A DNA stretch of 32,167 nt, taken from Nemertoderma westbladi (Eukaryota > Animalia > Xenacoelomorpha). The stretch spans positions 1 through 32,167 of the forward strand of contig JAUCBJ010007218.1 of the NCBI GenBank assembly GCA_032718475.1, read 5' to 3'. The notes under the pieces were generated by a model. It saw only the letters and a list, made by a program, of their open reading frames with translations. It searched no databases and was not told the DNA's origin. Position numbers and translations under genes: made by a program. Shown in pieces: positions 1 to 10,909 of the stretch (the first letter of the stretch is position 1; every line of letters starts with the position of its first letter).

Positions 1-73
1 TTTAAGTGCATCAGACTGGGTTTCTTACTTGCGTTCTTACTACAAAAACGATCAGAGTTAGTGAAATATAATC

Positions 74-1142
74 AGCTTTTTACAGAACACAAGCAAACGC
101 ACACAAACACACTCCAAAAACTGCCGAACACAATCGAACACAGTCGAAAATAGAAAGAGGACAAAAAATAACACCGGGTACCACCTTTCTGCCTTTTAGA
201 TAAAATTAGTCACGCGTTACTTTTCTATAAGAAAATTCCCGAAATTATTGAATAAAATTGCCGCGACATTAAATTAATTTCTTATGCTGTCTGTTCTGTA
301 TAACAAACTATGTAGGGAAGCCTACCGGGTACCGTACCTTTCACATAAATATAGTAATAGCGGGTTAGCTAATAGGCCTGTTTGCCTGTGTACTACTACT
401 ACTAGGATCGGCATGCTGCATTGCAGCTGCATTTTTAAGAATGCTGTGCCGGCTTGTCAACAAAACAAAATTTAACAGCCACAACTCCCATCACCACAGC
501 ACCACCCCACATCACCCATGACATTTGCTAGATCATCCGCATCTTCAAGGCCAGTGTCCTTTAAGATGCGTCTCAAGAAAGTCATGGGCTGTCCACCATG
601 CTTATTCACTCCATGAGGCTGCCAAAGTACAAGATTATGCACTGGCTGGTCGACGGCTCACGGCGAAAGCAAAGTCCTGCAAAGCGGACATTGAAGACTG
701 CTGTGTACTGGAATAGCTTTGTCTGGGACTGATTGCTGAGGATATGAATTAAGAAGTTAGGCCCATTACCGTACGTACTGTACTGGACTGCTGCACTGGA
801 ATATAAAGAGCTGGGTCACGGTTAGGTACCTACCCTGGCAGGGATCTCTGTCCCGGTGCTAACCACACTTAACTTAGGCCTAGCCTACTACTATGTTAAA
901 TTATTAGATCACGGCTTAGGCCAGGCCTGATCTGATAAGAAAGGAATATTTAATTTCGCGACAATTTTATTCAATAATTTCGGGAATTTTCTTATAGAAA
1001 GGCAACGCGTGGCTAATTTTATCTAAACGTTGGTACCAGGTGTTATTTTTTTGTGCTCTTTCTATTTTCGACTGTGTTAGATTGCAGTTTTTGGAGTGTG
1101 TTCGAGTGTGTTCTACTGTGTTCGCTTGTATTCTGTAAAAAG
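74..1142. repeat. Long imperfect inverted repeats (~74-285 and ~935-1142) flanking a ~650-bp spacer; foldback/MITE-like element or two inverted copies of a dispersed repeat
   Basis: For example ctataagaaaattcccgaaattattgaataaaattg in the left arm is the reverse complement of caattttattcaataatttcgggaattttcttatag in the right arm; the arms end in ctttttacagaa / ttctgtaaaaag. No TSD identified. Confidence 0.75.
495..700 (-). mobile_element. Decayed RTE-clade non-LTR retrotransposon fragment (region C-terminal to RT)
   Basis: Minus-strand translation across a frameshift gives RFAGLCFRRE...PVHNLVLWQPHGVNKHGGQPMTFLRRILKDTGLEDADDLANVMGD, resembling the RTE-type pattern LRFAGHCxR...LVLWQP.HG....GRP..TY...L..DTGL...M.DR (recognised from memory). 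Confidence 0.5.
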
Positions 1143-2099
1143 ATATATCCTTTATTATCATTATGTAGGGCCTACTGTCTGTATAAATGCAATACTGTAA
1201 GATATTCTAGATATATTAGTGCGTTGTAAACTCACTAGGGGGCGACCCCGTCACGTTATCGAATAACATTTATTTACTTATTTACGTATTTTAAACTACA
1301 CCGACACCGTGCTAATTTTATAGAGTTGCCCAACCATAGCGTAATAAATATAATATTACTAGGCCTACTGTACTATAATAAACTTAACCTACCAGGACCT
1401 TGACGCAATAAAAATTAAAGTCTATCCATCGGAAAATCGACTCAAATAACAGCTGATTACCCTTAATAATTAATGCTTAATGCTAATGATAAATGCTAAT
1501 TAGTAAAATAAAGAAAAATAAGAAAAATGGTTGGATGTTTACTTACGGTGTGTTCGACCATGGGAGTTATTGTGGCGCCCTCCCTGCCTCATAGGTTACA
1601 GCCAACACAGAGGAGCCTTTGGGTTGTTGCGTTCGGTGTTTTACACGTTTGCCGATCACTTTCCTTTTAGCTCCCAACCAGCCAACCAACCAACTTCCTC
1701 CATAACAGTTACATCTACTGCAAAAGTCGGGGAAACAAACTTGATTGGGTGTTTGTTGGTATAGAAACCACTCCAGCCAATTAGATTTGTTTCCTTGAGT
1801 TTTGTAAAGTCGTTTGAACGAGTTTGCAAAAGTCGGGAGAACAAAAAAAAAGATTACAAAAATTGACCGTTCAGGGCCACCATATAGTTATTGGACTTCT
1901 GTTCATTTTTGTGGTCAATATTACACCAAAATGAAATTTTTTATGGACGGGGGGTTCATTGGACACCCTTTGGCCGATCACACTATTGCAGTATTGTGCT
2001 ATCGGCTGGGGTTGTCGATAAAAATCTAACTCTGAAATCCACTGTTGATCCTATTCGTATACCCCTAATAACGGATACTCAACGGGTGTGTTTTCGAGA

Positions 2100-2354
2100 T
2101 AAGCAAATACAGTCGCCCGAAGCCTGAGGCGACTCGAGGTCCCTTCTTTCGATAGCTGTTACCCGAATGTAGGGGTGAGCGTAGTTTTGCTTTCAGTAAT
2201 TTAAATGGTACTGATTTTATCGACCCCAGTGGAACAAAGGCTGAGTGGCAGGGTTGTTTGATTTAAATCATGATTCTGAGTGGACCCTGGCGGGGTTCGA
2301 ACGTAGAGGCAATAGATTGTAAGGGCGGCGCTAAACCAACTGAGCTACACCGCC
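2100..2354 (-). mobile_element. tRNA-derived SINE with Sauria-SINE/MetaSINE-like core (3' boundary approximate)
   Basis: Minus strand starts GGCGGTGTAGCTCAGTTGGTTTAGCG (A box), then GTTCGAACCCC (B box), then ACTCAGCCTTTGTTCCACTGGGGTCGATAAAATCAGTACCA, a core seen in widespread animal SINEs. No complete cloverleaf. Confidence 0.7.
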
Positions 2355-2637
2355 TTCTTACAACATTATTATAAATAAATACTGTGGAAACATAATCAAG
2401 ATACAAAATCTCAAAAAAAGTATTTTATTAGCTGATTTCACGGTTTAATTAATTAATTATATATTCCACAAATACACGCATACCATCGAAAGATACGACA
2501 GATAAATTCTACTTATTCTGCTGTTAAACCTTAAATATAATATGCAGGTATACGTAGCTATATAACAACAACCGAATTAAACTGAGTAATAACTCCGCCC
2601 GAGTCCGTTGCTTTCTACAAGTCGTCACGCCGTCCAA

Positions 2638-3204
2638 CTAAACCTTGAACCCTCGGCTCTTCCTTCGACCACGAGCTCTCTCGAACTTCCTCCCTTTACT
2701 TCTGACAAGCGGTTTTGAGTGGCTGTGCGGAACTCCCGGTGCCTTACCGAAGTGTTTCAAGGCTTTGCGTCCCTTCCTCGGGCCCTGTAGCAGCACCGTG
2801 TTCTTTCCTTTCGGGCTGCGAAGCGCCAACTGATCGAACGTGATGATGTCGCCGCCGGCTTTAACGATACGAGCGCGCGCTGTTGCAGTGACCCGCAGAG
2901 CGCAAACGGTCAACTTGGGAACGCGGTAAAGTCTGACGTCGTTGGTTATGGAGCCCACAACCACGGCAACCTTACCCTCACGGCCTTCGCGTTTCATTTG
3001 TCTGGAGAGTCGAGACAGCGATAGAGGAGGTCTGTTTATTCGGCTCATACATAGCCGTTTCAGTACTATCTTATTGAACTTGCAACCCGTTCGTCGGTGG
3101 AGGAATTTGTAGAGTTTTACGAGCAGACGGAGGTAAATGTCGTCGCTCTTGGGGTTCTTGCGGACGACTTTCCGCACATGATGGTGTTTAATATCGATAC
3201 CCAT
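2638..3204 (-). CDS. RPL18: 60S ribosomal protein L18 (eL18), intronless, full length 188 aa
   Basis: [35 protein letters not shown]...[10 protein letters not shown]...[36 protein letters not shown]; uninterrupted ORF; minus-strand AATAAA near 2424-2429. Confidence 0.97.
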   Translation of the reverse strand: MGIDIKHHHVRKVVRKNPKSDDIYLRLLVKLYKFLHRRTGCKFNKIVLKRLCMSRINRPPLSLSRLSRQMKREGREGKVAVVVGSITNDVRLYRVPKLTVCALRVTATARARIVKAGGDIITFDQLALRSPKGKNTVLLQGPRKGRKALKHFGKAPGVPHSHSKPLVRSKGRKFERARGRRKSRGFKV

Positions 3205-3879
3205 AACGATTGCGTAGAAGTCCTCTCACTACTGTAGGCCTATTGGTATTCTCTATTCTGGTACCGGTTCTACAACTACCGTATGCACTACACTGCACTC
3301 ACACTGCAGCCTCTGTACCGGTACCTGTATGGCTGTATGGTACCGTGAGCAATTTACACCGCAGCACAATTCATAATACAGCAATACACACAGCAAATAC
3401 ACACAGCAATAACTGATAACAGAATACTGCAAGACCAAACATAAAAAACATTTTATATAAAAAAAAAATGTTGTTATATTTGTAACATGTTTATATGCTG
3501 TAACATTGTCATATGTTAAATTTGTTATATTTTTGTTATATTAAAACAAAAAAACAAATGTATTTTTGACAGATTTCGTCATTTTTGGCCAAAAATTTAC
3601 ACATTTTGTTAAATATTTCAGCTCTATAACAAAGAAAATTAAAAAAGTGGTAAAATAAGGGGGTGTTAAGAATCACCCAATCATCATTCATGCCAAATTT
3701 TACAATAATTCATAACTTTTTAGAAAAGCCTAGTTGCATTTTGAAAATTAAAATTAGCATTCTTCAGAAAACGCATAGGCCATATTTAACGTGTATGCAG
3801 CTTAGTGTAATACTTCCAATGAAATGTTAGAATGAAAAATAGAATGGAAAAAAAAGAATGAAAAAACAACCGCGCTGAA

Positions 3880-4230
3880 AATTTTGTTGGAAGGGTGTTC
3901 CGGGTCGGTGATTTCATTTCTAAGTCTCATTACTCATTTGACAGAGTCATGGACTGTCCTGTCATTACTGTCTATCTGTCCGTCAAAATATAACCGACAG
4001 CTGAATAGACAAACAGACATTGTGGATGACATCAAACACGAAAACTCGCGTCGGTAATGGAATCAGCAACCCGGATAACCCCCATAATAAAACTGTTATC
4101 TACTGTAGTTGGAATGCTTTCCTTATATTTTGACAGACAGACAAACGGACATACAGACAGACAGACATAATAGACTTCAAGAAAAATTAAAACTGACTTC
4201 GGAAATGAAATCAGCGACCAAAAACCCAAA
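3880..4230. repeat. Probable non-autonomous Helentron/DINE-1-like repeat fragments with a GACA microsatellite
   Basis: (GACA)n-like tract at ~4131-4168 and recurring gaaatgaaatcagcgacc-like motifs (inverted version at ~3902-3920). Family assignment rests on architecture only. Confidence 0.3.
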
Positions 4231-4237
4231 TCAAAGA

Positions 4238-4320
4238 AGTTTTAGAAGTACCTTTAGTTTTAGTTTGAGAAGTTTTAGAAGTACAGTACCTTTAGTTTTA
4301 GTTTGATAAGTTTTAGAAGA
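4238..4320. repeat. Short tandem repeat, ~33-38 bp unit, about 2.5 copies
   Basis: agttttagaagtac..ctttagttttagtttga recurs directly. Confidence 0.8.
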
Positions 4321-4375
4321 AACATAATACTGTAGTTTTCGTTAAAAGTCTTATATATATATATATAATAATATA

Positions 4376-4793
4376 ATATTTGTAAGCATAAAATAATAAA
4401 CAAAATAAAAATTATTTTAAATAAACCTAGATCGACCTCAGAAACAATACATATATTACTTTATCACTAGCTTTCGATATAATATGTATATCTTTTTCAA
4501 GTGTTGAAAACCAACTATTTATAAATTAAATAAATTAATAACATAAGCACAATTTAAAATTCTAGAAAGTTTGTATACCTGAACTTTAAAGGTATACAAA
4601 AAAAGGTATTAAAGGTAAAGGTTTTAAATTTTGAGAATTTTAAATTGTGCTTATATTGTTATTAATTTATTTAATTTATAAATAGTTGGTTTTCAACACT
4701 TGAAAAAGATATACATATTATATCGAAAGCTAGTGATAAAGTAATATATTAATTTTTTCTGATATTTATTTATTATTTTATGCTTACAAATAT
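4376..4793. repeat. Large palindrome (core arms 4451-4563 and 4634-4749), likely inverted Penelope-like pseudo-LTR remnants
   Basis: Near-perfect reverse-complement arms of ~113 bp plus outer arms atatttgtaagcataaaataataaa / tttattattttatgcttacaaatat; each core arm carries a hammerhead-like motif. Confidence 0.8.
4697..4735 (+). ncRNA. Minimal type I hammerhead-ribozyme-like motif (U3-A8 core variant); mirror copy on the minus strand at ~4465-4503
   Basis: CAC-TTGAAAAA-GATATA catat TATATC-GAAA-G-CTA-GTG: stem I CAC/GTG, stem II GATATA/TATATC, GAAA, palindromic AGCT in place of stem III, NUH triplet CUA. Confidence 0.55.
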
Positions 4794-5109
4794 ATAATAC
4801 ACTAAACTGGATCCCTTTCCCACGGCGGTTTCTTATATATTCAAGGATTATATCTTCCCACAATAATTTACATATATAATATATATATATACATTTTTCC
4901 GGAAATTTCTTATTCATTTTCCGGAAATTTCCTATTTTATTAATTATATTTAGCAAATTCTGAAAACATATATATATTAAAACACAAGTAGAGTAAACAC
5001 TAGAAACAAGGGATTCCTACTTAGATGTGGTCATAACTACGGATGAAATATACTTTTCCGGAAATTTCCTTTCACACTAACTTTTTGTTATTCATTTGGA
5101 AAAATACTG

Positions 5110-5299
5110 TAAGTGGCAAAATTCAAAATTGCCCCCCCCCCTTAATATGCGGCCCTGCATAACTTTTGAACTACATTAGCTATAACAAAAATGTTGACGT
5201 TTTGAAATCCTCATAAAAATCTGCACCAGGTGGGATTGAAAATGAAAACTCGATTTTTTTCTGATTTAGTCACCCCCCCCCCCCCCCCCCCCCCCCTTA
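5110..5299. repeat. Probable end of a non-autonomous DNA transposon (poly-C tract ending CCCCTTAA)
   Basis: C-rich terminus followed by TTAA at 5296-5299, typical of TTAA-targeting MITEs; the partner end was not found. Confidence 0.25.
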
Positions 5300-5949
5300 A
5301 GGTAAGGTTTAATATATCTTACTAATTGGTTCGCATCCACGCTTAAAATATATTACTTTTAAAACATAATTTTTTTGTTAATACCTGCCTGACATCAATC
5401 CCCTGTGAGCCTTTGGGTTGGGGTGGTGCAGATCAGGACAGTAAGAAGGAGGTTGAAGGGGGGGATCTTTCCCCTCTTCTTTGATTTTTTCTTCCGATTT
5501 TGTGGTACAGTAGAATCGCTCAATTTTAATTTGTATCATAACTGAGCCTCATGCTGCGCGAAGGCATCTAGAACGTGTACCCTGTATTATCATTATTGCA
5601 ATGCATTGGGAACTAGCCTATTGCATTGGAAAAAGAGGTATAAATATATTTAGAATTACAATTTAGAATATATATATAAAGTAATAATAATTTAGAATAT
5701 TTATTAAGAATACATATTTGAGTAATTTATCTTTAAAATCATTATGCGATCATTATTAGAACTCATTAAATCGGCTACATAATGACCTACTGTACTACAG
5801 AGTAACAGTAAGTCATGGCTAGATCATTAGGATACAACCATGACCTACTATAACATTTGCTACACCTACTATGTTATAGTAGGTCATGATACAACCCAAC
5901 CGGGACGCAACGCAACGCGGCCACAGTTCGCATGTAGGCCTAAACCCAC

Positions 5950-6095
5950 AATTCATCTGCAATACAGTATCAAGAGTTTCTCTTAGCAGACTCTTCCGTA
6001 ATATCAAGGCTGACCAGCCAGCTGGCTGCCATAGAACAGGATCACACAGACGGATCAGTTCTACAACAGCAGCGCCCAATAGGATTCATCCGCTG
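5950..6095 (-). mobile_element. Second, more decayed RTE-like fragment
   Basis: Minus-strand peptides across frames, GRCCCRTDPSV / CDPVLWQP / SLLRET, echo the motif order seen at 495-700. Confidence 0.3.
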
Positions 6096-7865
6096 TGACT
6101 GCAGGGTTGTCTGGGTTTTGGTAGTAAGATGTTACTAAGTATATTGTACTGTACAACGCTTCGTTTGTTAAGTGAGTATTGTCTCCGATTCCATGATCCA
6201 TGCATTAGGCCTAGTATCTGGTGTATGTACCATGTTCTGGCTCTGGGGTCTACCACAGTACGGACCCACCAGGCGTCACGAAATCACGAATAATAACTGC
6301 TCTATGCTCAATATGAGGTCTGGCAATTAAATAGCCAATAACATGGATGGTTGGATTTCTGATTTCGTTTCACCTTTTTAAATAAAGTTTCTTCTGTAAT
6401 ACTGTGAAGAAATGATGCTTTTAAATAATTAATATCAATATAAAAGGGATTAACAGGGAGTTTTACTGTTAATAAAATACATAAATTATTGGAAAGCAAA
6501 CACAGTAGGTTTAATAATTAATCGAAGGTTCTTATACCAAAACAATTATTCAAATTAAATGAAATATTTTCATTGAATCGCACAAACATTGCAATACCAA
6601 ATGCTAAAATGGACATAAAGGAATTTGAAAGAAACAAAATAACCACATCAACAAATCAATGCAACAATAACAAACAGAAAACTCACGCGTATAGATGTTG
6701 GTGGTTGCATTGAGTACAAGTTAAATATGAGGGATTAACTAAACAGTTAAGCAGAAGAGCGACAATGTCAGACTAAACCTGTCAATCAATGTATATTTCC
6801 TTTTACAAAGAGGGTAATATAATTAAATTAAAACACTCAAGTTACCGATGAAATAAAATTAACGTCTAAATGAGAGTGCAGGTAACACTAATACTAGGCG
6901 CACACACACACACATCTTACAATAATGTAAAATATAATGAAAACGTACGTTCACACACATACCTATACGGGTTAACTATGGATTCTGTGGACAAGCTCAC
7001 AACCAAGGGATCTGTGGACGTACTTATTTATTAAATATCTAGAGAACTATCCAATGAAAATCCTTCAAATTTTCAAATTAGCTTCCTAATAAGTAATGGG
7101 AAATGTTTGCTTTTCAAAATTTAAAATTTTTCCAATATTTCAAAAATCATTTTTTTACATTCACTGTGCGGACATTGCTTTTGGTGACGTCATAATTATG
7201 TGTGTTGTGCCTGAGTGTGTTTAGTGATGTCCACAAACCCCAACTGGGGTCAAGACACATACGAAAATTAATGTCCACATTCCACAACTAGTGTAACACA
7301 TACAGTATATGGGAAAGGAAACTGAAATGCTTTGTTTTTATGCAACTTCATGGATATGATTCTAGTAATTGGACTACTTGGTCGGGTCAGTCCATAGAGA
7401 TAATGTTCTTTTATTGTTTTTATACACTCGTGAATAATTATTGTAAAAGTTAATATTTCCCTATTAGTTACCTAAGGACTACTTGTGGTACAAGTTTCCT
7501 TAGTTTACTCAGTTACTATAACAATGGGTTATCATTTAGTCGATAGCGATAGCGCTGAACAATCCCGCCTGTAAAGCAATGCATACAAGTTAGCATGTAG
7601 CAATTTGTTTTGAAAATACTTGCAGTCTCAAGAAATATACCGTAATACTGCCATCCCATCACTGCTCAAAATATTCTTTTTTTCTGCGGGAAGACTAATT
7701 ATTTTTAGGTTGTATATAAATACAAATAGAGTGGCGCACAACAATTAATGATATAGCTCTTATCATTCAATTATATTAATTATGAATTTTATGCTTTAAA
7801 ATTATTTGGACCCTTCTACAGTACGTATTGTAAGAGCAATAGACGCTAAGAATATGTCTTATATA

Positions 7866-8397
7866 ATAAATTAACGAGAACACACCGTTCTAAATACTGT
7901 CCATTGCGCACATCTGGGGACATTAGTTTTTGTATTGTTTTTTCTGCAGGCCATACGGTATGTAGTTGCAATGGACATTAAGAAATGTTTTTATATATTG
8001 ACGAAATCACACCATTCTAAATACTGTCCCTTGCGCACATCTGGGGACATTAGTTTTTGTAGTGCTGGGAGTATTATAATAGGCCCTACGTATAGTTGCA
8101 ATGAATGTTAATAATATATAATAATATTAATAAATTAACGAGAACACACCGTTCCAAATACTGTCCCTTGCGCACATCTGGGGACATTAGTTTTTGTATT
8201 GTTTTTTCTGCAGGCCATCATACGGTATGTAGTTGCAATGGACATTAAGAAATTTTTTTATATATTGACGAAAACACACCGTTCTAAATACTGTCCCTTG
8301 CGCACATCTGGGGACATTAGTTTTTGTATTGTTTTTTCTGCAGGCCATACGGTATGTAGTTGCAATGGACATTAAGAAATGTTTTTATATATTGACG
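7866..8397. repeat. Tandem repeat, 4 copies of a ~130-bp unit
   Basis: acaccgttctaaatactgtcccttgcgcacatctggggacattagtttttgta recurs at ~7882, 8009, 8146 and 8276. Confidence 0.95.
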
Positions 8398-8541
8398 GGG
8401 GCCCCCAAGCTGGGTACTGGGTACTAGCTAAAGCTAATGAGAAGCTGATGTTTGGGAACTCACTCAGGTATCTCTGTACCGGTATTGAAAAATATGCTCA
8501 GCTACCGGTATGTCACCCTTGTCAGCCTATAAACGAATAAT

Positions 8542-8740
8542 GTGATACTGCCGCAATTTAGTCCACTTTGTATGTCCACATGTCTGTCACTTCCAATGGG
8601 GGGCCCCCAAGCTGGGTACTGGCGCTACCGAAAATTAACCTGAGCTACATAAGATTATTCCCAAGTATGCATAGAGGGGCCCCCATTGGCAATCACAGAC
8701 ATGTGGACATAGAAAGGGGACCAAATTACTGTAGTATTAC
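8542..8740. mobile_element. MITE-like hairpin element with ~65-bp imperfect terminal inverted repeats
   Basis: tatgtccacatgtctgtcacttccaatggggggcccc versus ggggcccccattggcaatcacagacatgtggacata; a partial copy of the interior (ggggcccccaagctgggtactgg) lies at ~8397-8420. Confidence 0.65.
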
Positions 8741-8994
8741 TAGTATGTACCCCCTCACTTGTATGGCCAGCACGCCCATCACCCATGTCGACGGGATACT
8801 GTACGTATGTGATGTTAATAATATTGTGATTAAGAATACTACAGCGTAATTCACATTTGGTTTAATGACTTTGATACGTCTGTACGTGTCTAGTCTAGTC
8901 TCGTTTTGTGATGTCTTACTTTGTCTACGGTACATAGGCCTACTGTATTTTGTTGTTTATTACGTCCAACCTCCTCTTCCACCCGAATATCACG

Positions 8995-9591
8995 ATGGTT
9001 CCCGTCGAGCTCTACCTACGTCGCAACATAACCGCCGGATCACCGACCGACTTCATCAGGGTCGACGAGATTCCTGCCCTTCGCACCCGCTCGCAGAGGC
9101 AGAAGTTGACCGCGCTGAAGGAGGCCGTGGGGCAGCTGGGCATCCCCGTCACCTACAAGACCATCCCCGGCCACAAGGAGCGATCGCCGATGCTGAAGAT
9201 CCACGGCATCCGCGAGAAGACATCGGAGGAGAAGTTGAAGCAATCGGTGGTGGTCATCGTGGTCGGGATCCGGAGCGAGTTCCTCGCCATCGTCGACCAT
9301 CTCCAGGATCCGAGGCACCTCGAGGTGGATCTCCCCTGGGCGAAGAAGAGAGCCGTCGGATTCCTGCCAGGTTCGGACTCCGTCATCACCGTCGTCCTCC
9401 CCAAGAACATCAACGCCCCCAACGCTGCCGGAGCCATCGCCCAGGTTTTCGCCGTCGCCAAAAACACCGTCGAGTATGCCCTCAAGGTAGGCACCGTCTT
9501 CGGCGGAGAGGACTCGGAGATGGGAGAGATCGGGGTCCTGAAATCGGTGGGACGGGCCAGTCCCTTGTACGATGGGTACATGCGTGAGTAG
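8995..9591 (+). CDS. GC-rich 198-aa ORF, possibly a distant homolog of the N-terminal domain of NPEPL1-type M17 aminopeptidases
   Basis: ATG at 8995; third codon positions are strongly G/C in an AT-rich background; motifs VVVIVVG, TVVLPKNINAPNAAGA and VGRASPLY resemble NPEPL1 LLLLG, VAALPxRVSRHNSPSA and LARAFPLF (from memory). Coding status is more certain than the product. Confidence 0.55.
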   Translation: MVPVELYLRRNITAGSPTDFIRVDEIPALRTRSQRQKLTALKEAVGQLGIPVTYKTIPGHKERSPMLKIHGIREKTSEEKLKQSVVVIVVGIRSEFLAIVDHLQDPRHLEVDLPWAKKRAVGFLPGSDSVITVVLPKNINAPNAAGAIAQVFAVAKNTVEYALKVGTVFGGEDSEMGEIGVLKSVGRASPLYDGYMRE

Positions 9592-9672
9592 ACTGTAAAA
9601 GCTTTTGCGTAATTAGCCGGTTATTTTCCCGTAAAGTACTCTGTGGTTGGTTTACCAGGCATAAAAAGGCCG

Positions 9673-10909
9673 TGTAAAAGCTTTTGTGGGATAACTGATA
9701 CGTTTGCCTTTGCTGGCCAGTTCCCCCCCAGGCGCTGGAATACTCTAAAAGGGTTCTCTGACTGTATATATATTCCCCTCGCCCGCAAGGTACCTTTACA
9801 GGTGTTTTAACGGACATAAAAGTAATTCTGCTATATACGTGTTTTGGCGGACATGGTAAGGCAAAAAACCTGTAATGCACCAACTACCTTTCACAGCTTA
9901 GCCGTGATAATTCATATTACGACATCTAACAGCTGGTTGCTGACATGGAAACAGCCATTGGATGCATGGTTCTTTGTTTGGCTTGAGCCAATCAGAGCGA
10001 TTTTTCCTGTCGACGTGTAGCTTTTAGTCGATCATAAGGAGAGTGTTCAGTCTTACTGTTTTTTCTTGATACTTTGTTGTTATTGCTGTCTAAGCCAGAA
10101 ACACCGGCCTTTTGGTAAGAACTCTAGTAAACTGCTTGAATTATCGAAAGTATAAACTGTTACCTTACCTCATCTCACCTTGATACTTTACTTACTTAAT
10201 TTAATTGCATTAATCATATTGTTTGTACTGTTATTTTACCGTCAGTTATTAATTGTACCTATTTGTTGATGGAAATATTGCTATTTGGATAATACGGATA
10301 AATCACCCAATTCCCAATTTTCTTGATAACACTACAGGTTAGAGAGACCGGCTATACATAACAATTGCGATTTATATTAATGTGGTGTGTATTGAATCCA
10401 ATGTTATTTAGCAGACCCTACGTGAGTCAATTACTGCTCTCTTTATGTGTGATCAAATGTACTGACTGTCGGCAGAATAGTGTGTATGATCGTGATTGGT
10501 AACAAAGTATTTCCTAAAGAATACGCTTTATACTTTAATCATAAGCAGTATCGTTGCGTTTTAGTATAAGTCTTAGTTCTGTTTAAATAGATAAAGCGCC
10601 ACGTCCTAAAGGAACTGTTAATATTTCCCGAAAGCCAATAATATCTGTCAGAGATTAATTATTAACGATCTATCGAATAATACATTAGGTATACACTGCA
10701 ACCTTACACTGTAATAATACAATTCAAGCATCCGAATTCAGTCTCCCGGGTGTAGATCCATCGGGTGAATGATCGCGCATGGGCTGACTTCGGCTAATGT
10801 TTTGCGTATTAGCATAAATTATTGTCGTATGCTAAAGTGGTTTTAATTAACTAAAAGACATATAAATTTTGGCAGGTTAAACTGCTAAAGGTCTTCAAAA
10901 GCGCGAACA
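9673..10909 (+). repeat. 5' LTR of element A
   Basis: TGTAAAAG...GCGCGAACA; about 11 substitutions versus 15964-17200 by manual count. Confidence 0.95.
9988..10052 (+). promoter_or_regulatory. Putative LTR promoter: CCAAT box and TCAGT initiator-like site
   Basis: CCAATCAGAGCG at 9988 is conserved in LTR B (~17405); TCAGT lies ~55-60 nt downstream in both (10047 and ~17461). Confidence 0.4.

Noticed and set aside
2280-2354. tRNA gene on the minus strand
   Set aside because: A and B boxes are present but the acceptor and anticodon stems do not pair, and it runs into a SINE core.
4693-4956. Short AT-rich ORFs here and elsewhere in intergenic DNA
   Set aside because: Low complexity, overlapping repeats, often non-ATG starts, no recognisable motifs.
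7866-8397. CRISPR-like array
   Set aside because: Whole units repeat with no unique spacers; the context is eukaryotic.
8865-9587. 240-aa Arg/His-rich ORF and antisense ORFs over the GC-rich island
   Set aside because: Shadow frames expected from high GC3 in the 8995-9591 frame.
10730-10800. HDV-like ribozyme in the LTR
   Set aside because: GGCTAATG resembles J4/2, but I could not build the nested double pseudoknot.
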